Source: Takakia lepidozioides (taxonomy: Eukaryota > Plantae > Bryophyta). From it: a stretch of DNA of 64,000 nucleotides. The position numbers and the translations under genes are program-made. Below, piece after piece: positions 36,592-48,100 of the stretch. The notes below the pieces were generated by a model that made no database searches, was not told the origin of the DNA, and saw only the letters and a list, made by a program, of their open reading frames with translations. Position 1 is the stretch's first letter. Every line of letters begins with the position of its first letter. The stretch covers positions 10,540,001-10,604,000 of the forward strand of contig CM060732.1 of NCBI GenBank assembly GCA_030704615.1. Direction: 5' to 3'.

Positions 36592-37605
36592 CACCTATCT
36601 TAGGGTGAAATGAACCCTTCACTGCCAGCTCAGACAGTGTGCGGCAACGCACACTGTTTGAGCTGAACATTTCAATGTTTCAGGGTGCAAAATTTGGACT
36701 TCAGGGGCACCTATAATAGGATGAAATGAACCCTTCACTGTCAGCCCAAACAGTGTGCGGCAACGCACACTGTTTGAGCTGAATATTTCAATGTTTCAGG
36801 GTGCGAAATTTGGACTTCAGGGGCACCTATGTGAGGATGAAATGAACCCTTCACTGTCAGCCAAAACAGTGTGCGGCAACGCACACTGTTTGAGCTGAAC
36901 ATTTCAATGTTTTAGGGTGCAAAATTTGGTCTTGCTGTCTGTTATCTGAGGTTGAAATGAACCCTTCACAACCAGCTCACACAGTGTGCGGCAACGCACA
37001 CTGTTTGAGCAGATCTTTTCAATGTTTTAGGGTGCAAAATTTGGTCTTGCTGTCTGTTATCTGGGGGTGAAATGAACCCTTCACTGCCAGCTCAGAAAGT
37101 GTGCGGCAACGCACACTGTTTGAGCTGAACATTTCAATGTTTCTGGGTGCAAAATTTGGACTTCAGGGGCACCTGTTTGAGGATGAAATGAACCCTTCAC
37201 TGTCAGCCCAAATAGTGTGCGGCAACGCACACTGTTTGAGATGAACATTTCAATGTTTCTGGGTGCAAAATTTGGACTTCAGGGGCACATATGTGAGGAT
37301 GAAATGAACCCTTCACTGTTTGCCCAAATAGTGTGCGGCAACGCACACTGTTTGAGCTGAACATTTAAATGTTTTAGGGTGCAAAATTTGGTCTTCAGTG
37401 TAACATTTCTGGGGATAAAATGAACCCTTCACTGTCAGCTCAAACAGTCTGCGGAACCGCACACTGTTTAGGCAGAACATATCAATATTGAAGGGCGCAA
37501 CCTTCGGCCCTCATGGGCACATATCTGAGGATGAAATGAATCCTTTACTGCCAGCTCAAACAGTGTGCGGCAACGCACACTGTTTGAGCAGAACTTTTCA
37601 ATGTT
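36592..37605. repeat. Tandem array of 9 x 115-116-bp units, each with a long palindrome
   Basis: Core GCGGCAACGC at 36641, 36757, 36873, 36988, 37103, 37219, 37335, 37451 (variant) and 37567; consensus CAGCTCAAACAGTGTGCG-GCAA-CGCACACTGTTTGAGCTG. Confidence 0.95.
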
Positions 37606-37769
37606 CTTTCCCTGTGAAAATCGGGAACATAGGGCAGGTCCGTGAGGATCAATGAACACTTACCTGGCAGCTCAAAGAACACTTACCTGTTTGATCCCAC
37701 TTTTTCATGCATCAGTCGACGTTTCATTCCTCTCTTATAAGAATTGAGTGAACAACCTTGCAGGAGAAA

Positions 37770-40700
37770 ATGCAAAGTGTGGCGGATGAGGTCCCTCAGG
37801 GTCAGGGGAAGGAGACCATAGTTGATGTTGACGATGAGTTTTATGAAAGCAAAGCCGCTGAGATGCTGGGGGGTCAAAAGGTGAACTCTCAGCTTGTGGT
37901 TCAAAGTATGCTTGCTCCTGGTGGGAGGTTGAAGATTCCCCTGTGTAGGTTGGTTTCCATGCCCGTCGTTCGTCCACCCCTTGTCAAAGACATTCTCAAG
38001 CTGGAGGCCGAGTTTGTTCATGGGTATTTGGATGGATCCGCAGTCTTTTACGTTTCTACTAGGGATTCTAGAGGTAACGAGCTCCTTGTGGATGAGTCAA
38101 TCGTCGACTCCTGGGACCCCATTTGGAGACAGGTGAACGAATCCTTCGAACTTCTTCTCTCCAGGAAACCTTCCACCCAGGTATTCTCGGGGAAGATGTT
38201 TCACGTTTGGGATGGCAACCACCGGTTGCTTGCATGGATGGCTGTCATTGGGAGGCTGCACTCACAGGAGGAAGAGTGGCATTACTCTGTTCGATCGATG
38301 GTGCTTGATTGTGACGACAACATGATGGGTCTTCTGACGGCAATGAATGATGTGAACAGGTTGGTTTCTCATTGTACATGTTGCACTTCTGGTTCCGTTC
38401 TTCCTTGATTCAAGTCCTTGAATTACATTCTGAAATTCAGATATCATTCTGCAGAGGGACGGAGACATCGCATGTCAAAACGAGTCTGGTTCACACACTG
38501 TATAGGATACAAAGGATCGGGCAGATGCCCTTGACCAACTTCAAGACCATCCTTTCGGCAGAGATGTATAAGAAATGCGAAAGCTCCAAGACTTCGGAAA
38601 CATGGTACTCGTTGACCCGTGAGGCTTTCATGGAGTACATGTACACGGTGAGATACATCTTCCTTCATCTGGCCTTTCCATATTCCTGCTTCCACATGTT
38701 TGTTTCTGTCTGTCTCCCTTGACCTTGGATTGATGCAACTCTCTTGCATTCCCTTGCAGCAAGACATTGCAGATGCAGGGGAGCGTGGCAAACTGGAATA
38801 CTATAGCTCTACCCCTGAGGAGAGAAGGACAGCAAAGGGGGTTGAAAGTCACATCCAGAAGGAGATGAACGCTACAAGAAGGACAATAATGAGTGCTTTT
38901 GTGAAGCAGTTGAGAATGGCCGACCCATCATTCGGGCCGCAGTTTCTCCTGGAGATAAAAAACCATTATAACAAGCCAGGCAAGCCGGAGATGGCCCAGG
39001 AGAAGTTGCACAGGTTGTCTACCGCCGTCGTGTCTTCTGAACAGAAGGTGAAGTGGCTACAGATATGGAACTCCGATCCCACAGTTAGGGATACCCACAT
39101 GTTCCCAAGGCCAGAGAAAGAGAAGAAGACCCAGCGTGTCGTTCCTGTCAGTGACAATGTGCTGGACACCTGGCTTCACAAGGCCACTTACTGGAGCCAG
39201 GTGTGATGTCCTCTCGTATCTCACTTTCTTTTCTCTTTTCCTGTCCTTCTCTTCCCATTGCCTCTTACATTCGCTGTGACTGTTTTTGGGTTCATTCTTC
39301 CATTTCAATTGTTTTGCAGTTGGAAGAAAGGGCCCGATCGGTTCTGCATACTCAGCTGGCTGACTATGGCATCACTATGACAGCTCCGAAGGTCTCCTTC
39401 GAAGCTTACATGAGGAAATGGAGAGCCACAGTGTGGCACTCTGGTTTCTTTAGAGAGTTCAGCAAGGAGGGTGGCATCAGTCGAACAAATGAGCTTGACC
39501 AGCAGGAAAAAGGAGAGGAAGCCTGGAAACGATGCCTTTATAGGTGCACACCCTTGCACTCTTTACTTGTGTTGTGGTTGCAATGTGTTGTGTGGCATAC
39601 TGTTTAAGGGGGTCTTCCTGGTGTGTTGAAAAAGCTGGGACACAATATGTGCACTGGAAAATGAGGCTGTGTCTGTTCCTGCAGGTACATTAGGTTTGTT
39701 CTCTTGGAAGAGAATTGCTTGGACAAACATCCAGATTTCGTGGACCTTTTGCTTGTCCCTGCTGGCAACCAGACCATGTTCACTGCTGGGATCTTGCATG
39801 ACTGGGGCCCAGACCATCTTTCTTCTTGTGGTTGGTATTTGGATTGCCCTCCTTCAGAGACCCCAGCTGTAGAGTTGTCTTTGAGGAGAGAGAATGACCG
39901 TATTGCAGCCACTGCCGCAGCAGGGGACCTCGACATTCATGAGCGTAATCTGAGGACTCTTGCAGAGAAGGAGCCTCCCGCTCAGGATACCCCGGGTAGA
40001 GGAAGAAAGGCAAAGGGAAAAGATGTTGCTGGTGTTGTGGGGAAGGGAAGGGGTAGAGGGAAGGTGGCACAAGGGCAGGGAAGTGTTGCAGCTATTGGCC
40101 CTGTGGAGCATGTCCAGCAGACTCCACCGCATGGTAGGGGATCCGGGAGAAAAAACAAGGGGGTGGTTGATCCCAAGGACCCGTACCATGCAGTGGAACA
40201 TCCCACGAGGGTCATTCGTCCAACCAGGTTGGAGATTGCCAACGTCGGGTTCCTTGCCATGATGGAGTCGAAGAAATCTGATTACAAGGGCGAACCATCA
40301 CCAGTGTGGGAGAGGATTGTCGAGTTCCTCAGCACGGTGCGTGTTCTCTTTGGGTTCTGTGGCTTCTGCTCTCTTTGTCTGCTGTGGGCATGGATCGTTT
40401 ATAAACTTGTCAGAATTCCATTGTATTTTTGTTTGCAGGCTAAAATGACCAAATCGTGGGTGAACGGGAAGGAGAAGCCATATGCAGCGGAACTCATCAT
40501 CTTGGACATCCCTGATGGGTTGGCAGTCCCGGATATCCCTCCATCGGGTGCTTGTCCGGGTTGGAATGCATTTGATGAGCGCTACTGGCGGTGGGTTTTT
40601 TCCTTTTGCAACTTCTTCCTTTCCGATGCAGGTGTTTTGGTTCTCATCCAGTCCATCGATGTTCGGTGTCGCCGTGCCCTTGCCAGCTATTTGAAAGCCT

Positions 40701-41882
40701 CGGGCATGAGAGTCGTGAAGACATGGAATTGTGTGAACAACATGTACTTTACGAAGGGGGATCGTCCGGGAGAGATGGTGAGTTTCCCTTCTTCTTCCTC
40801 TTCTTTTTTGTTCTGGGATTGTGTTGTATAGGTCGCTCGAACTCATATGTAGGGGCCCGATTTTATTTTGGTTCTTAGTTCCTTGTGGATGTCATGTTCG
40901 CAGACTCGTCTGTTTGAAGCTGTTTGTCTCGTCCGGGTGCATCCACCAACGACTCCGGCCGGCATTACGGAGTTTGCCATCACTCACGGGGGCAAGTTCA
41001 TAGATGACAGGACAGATCCTCCCACGGATGACATGCATCACAACTACGTCGACAGCAACTTGTGCTTGCGAAGGGGAATGGGGTTCCTTGGAGAGGGGCG
41101 AGGGAGAGGAGCCCGGCTTTCATTCAAACGATTGTGGAGTGCTGCACCTACACAGACGCCAGAGTTCTGGATTTGTCGATGGGCACAGGTTCGTCTCTTC
41201 AACATTCACATTTCATGAGGTTTGATTGAGCTTGCACTTTCAGCACTTTCCACCGTTCCGAATGTGTCTTCAATGTCTGCTTACTTCATTCTATTCCACT
41301 GCAGGTGCTTCGTACCACGCTTGCAAGGCCAGTGCGCGACATGTCTTTGGGATTGAAGGGGATGCTGAGATTTACAAGAACCTCCTGATGGGTTTGGGTG
41401 GACACACTTCTCAGGTCCTTCCGAAGCCCCGTCCCGCTGATACTGGTACAGAGGAGACTTCTGACAAGGAGCTGGACTCCGACTTTGCCTGTGAGTAAGT
41501 TCAACCTGTGCATGCTTGCATTGTTGTTTCAATATCGAGAATCGCTGTTCTTGAGGCAAAGTGCACATGGGAGACATCCTCTTCGTTGGACTTGTGCATT
41601 GCATCATTGTGTTAAAAATGGGATTTTATGGACATGTGTAGGAGTCCGCGTGCTTCCACTTGCCCTCCTGGGCTATCACACCTATTTGGACTTGTTTTCA
41701 GTCCTCCTCGGTCTTGTGTGCTACCTGTCTATGCGGAGGCACTCGCAGCAAGCATGTCCGTTCATGGCACTCAGAGTCCACCTTGCGATGGCCTTCGTAG
41801 AACACGTGGTGTTGGGGCCAGAATCTTTGTAGATGACATAGCACAGGAGGTGGACACTGATTGTGATGACTGCGACACTTGA
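37770..41882 (+). CDS. Spliced gene: N-terminal ParB/Sulfiredoxin-like domain plus C-terminal beta-class N6-adenine/N4-cytosine DNA methyltransferase-like domain
   Basis: Phase-consistent GT-AG exons 37770-38359, 38455-38647, 38760-39200, 39320-39543, 39685-40336, 40439-40777, 40904-41188 (one G missing near 41073), 41305-41494, 41642-41882 (or stop at 41498 if the last intron is unspliced). Motifs IPLCRL..VRP and WDGNHRLLAW; LIILDIPDG (motif IV-like) precedes VLDLSMGTGAS..AC..RHVFGIEGD (motifs I-II). Confidence 0.75.
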
Positions 41883-42135
41883 TATGAAGTATTATTTTGG
41901 TTTAATTCTGGGACAAATTTGAAATGGGATGGTTGTGTGTCCTTATTGTCCTCTTTGCAATGTGTGCGTGGAATTCACATTCATGGTTCCAAACTATTGT
42001 TGGAGATGGGGGTTGCATGGACTGCCCGGATTGTTCCTTCAATATATTTGTTGTTTTGTGGACCTCACAGACTTGAGTACATTGCAAAAACAAACAAACC
42101 ACTTTGTTCTCAATTCTCAATTCTCCCCACATCAA

Positions 42136-42286
42136 CCCGCGGAAATAGGTGACACCACTCGGAAATAGGTGACATCCGCGGAAATAGGCACTGTTTGCAT
42201 GCTGACGTGGCGTGAGCCTGTGCTGGGCTCACGCTTTCCTGGGCTCACAGGCTCACGCCTCCAGGCTCACGGAATAGCACCCCCCC
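42136..42286. repeat. Probable DNA-transposon terminus
   Basis: Three CGGAAATAGG repeats, several GGCTCAC repeats, a 13-bp inverted pair GCGTGAGCCTGTG/CACAGGCTCACGC, ending GGAATAGCACCCCCCC with an abrupt change in composition afterwards. Confidence 0.55.
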
Positions 42287-42999
42287 AACGAAGCAACGAA
42301 GCAACCACGAGTGCAATGGCAGAAAACATCTTCAACTCAACGGCTGATTCCACACTGCAGAGAGAAAGAGAGAATCAACAGTCAGAAGGAGGGGACCAGC
42401 CGCAGACCAATGAAGCAACATCCATGGAAATTAGCCATGTTAACACCGAAATCCAGCAGACAACACCCGCAAAGGCCACACAACCAGGAACTGAGGAGAG
42501 AGCCATAGTGGTGCAGCAACAGCAGGTGGTGCAAGAGGCACAAAGTCAGCAGCAGCAAGACAATAATTCCAATTTGGAATTACTACTCGCACAACAGGTC
42601 CTGGATACAACAGCATGGGACACAGGTTTGGAAGAAGCGCCACAGAATGTAATTCTGCAGGCAATACAAGCGTTGGGTCAAGTAACGGCCTACATGGACA
42701 GGGCCAAGGATTACATAAGCCCGGAGAACCTTAGCATGATCTTAGACCACATCAAAGAAAAACACCGGAGGGAATTGGCGACAGCAAGAACAGTATGTAA
42801 CCACGAGGTTACAATCGCATCATTGGAGGATCAAAAGACTACCATACTTCGCCAATACAACACTTTAATAGAACGCAGAGACGAGTGGGAACAGAAGTGG
42901 CAAAGACAGAGAGACGAAACACGCAATGTCCAAGCTGACCTCGATGCAGAAAGAGAGCGATCTCGGAAAACGGAGACAGAGGTGGAAACACTCACATGA
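42287..42999 (+). pseudogene. Q/E-rich, coiled-coil ORF fragment, possibly the C-terminal part of a Gypsy accessory ORF
   Basis: Open frame within ORF 42169..42999; no catalytic motifs; A-rich like 27485-28065. Confidence 0.4.
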
Positions 43000-43114
43000 C
43001 ATGTGCAGTAGTTGCCAAGCGCTCATACTCAGAATGAAAGGAAGAAATGAAACTCACCTACATGACGTCAAACAAAGTACGTATCAATTTTGACCATTTC
43101 AAGGAAAAACCCAT

Positions 43115-43830
43115 ATTCACAATAGATATTAGATTGGTACCATGCTGTAAAATGAAAAGTAATAGATGAAAATTGATGCCTATATTATGTACAAAACAAC
43201 ATACTATTAACTACAGTATTATGAAGACGTAAACATGCTGTACAATTATCATGAGTGAAAACCAACAAGTTTGGAACACATCTAAATGAAAATTCAAACT
43301 CTATGTTCATGAAATCAAACTTATATCATTGTGAATCGAAAGAAAATTGATAACTATACAATAGATATCAGATTGGTATTATGCTGTAAAATGAAAAGAA
43401 ATAGATGGAAACTAATGTCTACACTATGTACAAAACAACATACTATTAACTACAACATTATGAAGATGTATGCATGCTCTACAATTATCATGAGTGAAAA
43501 CCAGCAAGTCTGAAACACATCTGAAATAAAATTCAACAATATGTTTGTGAAACCAAACTCATATCATTGTGAATCAGAAGAAAGCTCATAACTACATAAC
43601 AGTTATCATATTCGTACCATGCTGTGAAATAAAAAGAAATAGATGAAAACTGATGCCTACACTATGTACAAAACAACATACTATTAACTACAACATTATG
43701 AGACATATGCATGCTGTACAATTATCATGAGTGAAAATCAACAGGTTTGAGCATATCTAAATGATATTCAAACTCTATGTTCATGAAACCAAACTTGTAT
43801 CATTGTGAATCGGAAGAAAACTGATAACTA
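43115..43830. repeat. AT-rich tandem repeat, 3 x ~239 bp
   Basis: TATGTACAAAACAACATACTATTAACTACA and ATTATCATGAGTGAAAA each recur three times at about 238-239-bp spacing. Confidence 0.9.
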
Positions 43831-43899
43831 GAAGTAAAACAATGTCAAATCTGCATTTTCAAATATGTCATTTTATAAAGTCAAAAACATAGGATTAGA

Positions 43900-45190
43900 A
43901 CTTACAATCTGGATATCTTCAGGGTCGATGCCGTCGGCAACTTTCAGCTCATACTTGCTAACAATCTTCCCCCAGACAGATATCACAACCACCGCGCGAG
44001 TGGAGGTGACAAATTTCTCTCCCGTGCGTGATACAAATTCAGAGATTGATTCTGTTGGAAAAAAACAGAGCTCCACAGCATGAACGAATGGAGGAAACAT
44101 TTCAACAGGAAATGAAAGAGCTTGAATAATACCAGCAATTATCAGCTAAGTTTTTATTTCTTTTAAACATGTTATTGAATTCTCAGTATTCAATTGATGT
44201 ATGTTAACAGTTAATGTTTAGCCAAAATTAATAGTTTCCAGTCAATAATTTGCAAACCTCTTAATTGCTTTTCAGCTTCTACCTTTTTTGTTTCCAGCTC
44301 CCACTGATGTTTGTTGTGTCTTTTCATCTTCTTCTTTGTTGTTTTCTAGGTTTAAGTCATGATTTAGTGTGTCTTTCCATCTTTCTTTTCCTCTTTCAGT
44401 TTTTTTAATAATCAGCTTTGTCTTTTTCAACTTCCACCTTCTTTCACCCTCCATAAAAGCTGATTGTGTATAGGACACATTGCTGATATGTGAGTAGAGA
44501 AGGTCTGAAACACAAATTATTTAGCTACTGTTTCTTACCTTTGTCTTCATTGTTTTAAGGTAATTTTGTCTTTTCAGATAGTGTGATGGCTGTGAGACGC
44601 AACTGACCTCTTTTGACTGTAGATGATATTGATTACAGTGTGAGAGATGCACTTTGAGTGTATTGTTTTGAGCAGGTATGCAAACTTTGAGAAAAGACTA
44701 ACACACAGTCTTTTGCATTTTCTTACCTTCATGCTGATGTGACAGACAAAATGGTAGAAAGTTAGCTAGTGCATCCTGTTCAGCTACAGACATGTTCCCA
44801 CCAGATATCTGCAGTTCACCTTCAACTCTACTAAGGGTCGGCCCTTTCCCAGGTGAACGTGTCTGCAGCAATGTTAGCAGCTTTTCGTGCAGACTCCCTG
44901 TTCAGAGCTGTCACCCGCATGTCAGTGTATTGTAGTCCAATGCTGAATCAGAATCGCAAAGTCAGTTGTAGACTTCCTCACTGCATAACAACATTTCATC
45001 TGAAGTTGCAAGATATAGTTTAATTGACTAGAGTTAGGTTGACTACTCGCAGCAAGAGAGCTTACCTTACAAAGGTTGGTTGGGCCAGGAATCATTTTGC
45101 TAGCGTCATACAATTTACGAAGGCACCAACCCAGCAGGGACATGGCCTAGATATTTGCCAACATGCGCACCAACTTCTCCTGGTTTATCT
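43900..45190 (-). pseudogene. Unidentified degenerate spliced gene fragments
   Basis: Minus-strand GTAAG donors near 43905, 44538, 44727 and 45065, with CAG acceptors near 45000 and 45189; in-frame stops; no family recognised. Confidence 0.35.
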
Positions 45191-45561
45191 GAAGTGCAGA
45201 CATGAATACCCAAATTGCTTCCTCTATTGCAAGTAACTACCTCATCAAATAAACACATCCCAATTCAAACACTAATAACAGAAATGAAACAATTGGAAAT
45301 AATTTCTCATGTACATGGTCATGAAAACAGCTCATTTAACAAGAAGTCAACTTCCTATCATTCTTGAAATAAGAGTATCGCTGTGACAGGAAGTAATAAA
45401 ACCAACCTAATAGACGAACTCAGCTAGACACAGGCAACAACAACAATTAGCCTGAAGACCAAAATGATCCTCAACACTTATAACTGACATTAAGAAAGAT
45501 GTCATACTTTTGCAACTCTAAATTAATAGAAACACAAGTAAACCCTCCATTTTTCTTCTAC

Positions 45562-46528
45562 TATTAGAGGGTTGTCTGGGACTTAGACAGTTTTACGGGT
45601 TCTGTGGGGTACCCTTAATTTTGCGTAGACCTATAGGTGGTAGACCCAGACCAACACAGGCCTTAGGGATAACAGACAGGCTCACACAGTCAACAGTCAA
45701 CAGTCACAGGCTTACACAGGCTTACACAGTCTGACACAGCCTGTCACAGCATTACACAATCTGACACAGCCTCACACAGCCTGTCACAGTCAGACACAGC
45801 CTTACACAGCCTGACACAGCCTGACACAGCCTAACACAGCGTGACACAGTCAGTCACAATCCGACACAGCCAGTCACAGTCCAACACAGCTTGGCACAGC
45901 CCGTCACAACGTTCACAGGGAATGGTTATCATTGGCAGGGAACGACATCTGCAGAGGGAACGCATTCTGTCTTGGATGACAGTTAGTTAGTTAGGTGGTT
46001 AGAACAACTTGCAGGTAGAATAGGCAGAGTAGCGACATGAAGATGATCACTTCTTGGACATGTTTTCTGGCATCACGGCGGAGAGCACGATCTTGGGGCA
46101 CAAGGATGGAGATTACAAAGAGAAGGAGATACGACGAGATGATGCTTGATACATGCAAGCTGTAGAGATGCACTATAGAGCAGATTAGAGACACCATGGC
46201 TTCGGCTTGATACATGATAGATATTAATATGATTCCCATTTCATACTCACATTGTGTAGAGAGATATGAGTGAAGCTGTGGAATGAATGCTTGAGTAGGG
46301 AACGTGGTAGATTGCAGAAGCAATATGATACTTAATCATAGATAGTAAGGTAACTTGCTAACATGAATGCGAGAAGGAATACAAATAAGAAGCACCCCCA
46401 TGATACACTAGCTGTAGGTCATGACTGATTGTTCTGAGCGGGCTGAGTACTTAGAGATTTCCAACTCTTCTATCTTGGAGTTTCCACCTCAGATAGCTAA
46501 GGGATGGGTGAGTAAAAGCCGCTCGACA
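45562..46528 (+). repeat. 5' LTR
   Basis: Diverged direct repeat of 58750-59645; contains a longer (ACACAGCCTG)n tract. Confidence 0.92.
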
Positions 46529-48100
46529 TTTGGCGACCATACTGGGGAACTGAGTCAAGAATAACCAGATGTGACAGACATCTGGTGGGATCATGGTGGA
46601 TGGAGAATCAAGGAATTTGAATTCCCTGTGAAACTGAGAAAGAAAGATTGTCCAAACAATTCTTTCAGAGGTTTTTGGAATTGCCAGACGGTTGCAAGGA
46701 AAACATTCTTAAGAGAGTGCATGATGCTGATCCAGAGTGGGGGTATGGATAAAAGAGTGATAAATTTATCAAGTGGCCTATAAAGAGAGAGCTAGATGGT
46801 TGCCAACACTGGTTTATGTGATAGCGTTGCTATCCATTAAACGAGTGGAATTTGAAGGCTGGGAGGAACGGAAAGTGAATGTTTTTACTCATATGCATAA
46901 AGAGCTTGTACAATTGGATTCCTAAGGATATCTTGTGGATCAAACTTACACCAAGAACAGCTTTTCAAACGTGTTTGCCATATGGTTATATGGTAATGGA
47001 GCCTTCTAGTATAGCCAAGGGTGTATTAAAGCTTGAAAGAAATCCAGGCATATACGAGAGATACTACAGGAGAGAGTTTTGGTTATTGCCTCATTAAAGA
47101 TATAAAAGACATGGGACATGAGTGATGAAAGGGAAGCTAGACTTCACAGATATTCAACGAAAAGATAAAGTTATTTGAAAGCTAATTATCCATATCTCTG
47201 GGAGAGAGGAATAGACCTAGGGGAATCATCTGGACCTCTCACACCATGAAGGCCAGAGAATACATCACCCATACCGGAAGAACCAGATTTGGATGCCACT
47301 CCTTCTTACTCTTTACAAGAAAGATTAAGGGATTTGGTACAGGAAGAAGATCAGCCACGAGGGGAAAGATCTGAGGTACATCCCTGGGTTAAAGATTTGA
47401 CAGAAATCTTTGATCAGAGTTGGCATGGAACACTAAGAGCAGGAACTCCAGTTTCTGAAACACAAGACAAAGAAAGAGAGGAAGATGTGGCAGAGCCAAC
47501 GGAGAGTTCAGACTCTCCAACACCACTTCAGTTGAGTTGTATGAGTGAGGAAGAAGAAATCCAAGAGAAGAACTGGGAAGATGAAAACAGAGAGAAGAAC
47601 TTGGAAGATGAAGAGTATGAAGAAGTAGACCCAACAGTTGAGGTTGAGACTACAACCAGGACATCCCAACCTGTTGGACCTGGATCAAGTGGAGCACTTG
47701 GATCACAGGCCAACACAGGTGTCGACTCAGGGGATCAGGCAGACAGCTTGGATCTAGCTCTAGGGGGACAGGGAGTGTGGGAAGTAGTGCAACTAGAGCT
47801 GAGGGTACTGCAAGTACAGGGGGGCCAGTAGCAGGGAGTGCTCAGGGGCCAACACCTGGTGGGAGTTCCACCACTACAACAGCACGCCATCCTCAAGGAC
47901 CAGCACCTACAGGAGGACCAGCACCTGTCAGAGGGCAGGATGTAGGGCCACAGAAGAAGCATGAAACTGTTGAAGAATATATGGAAAAGATGGAGTTAAT
48001 GATGAAAAAAGCTGGCTGCTGTATGAGCACCAGAATTATAGAAAACTTCGGTTTGTGAGTGGACTAAGACCTAAATTACAAAAGAAAGTGGATATGCTAC

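Noticed and set aside
36592-37605. CRISPR array
   Set aside because: Sequences between the palindromes are homologous to each other rather than unique spacers; no cas genes; eukaryotic context.
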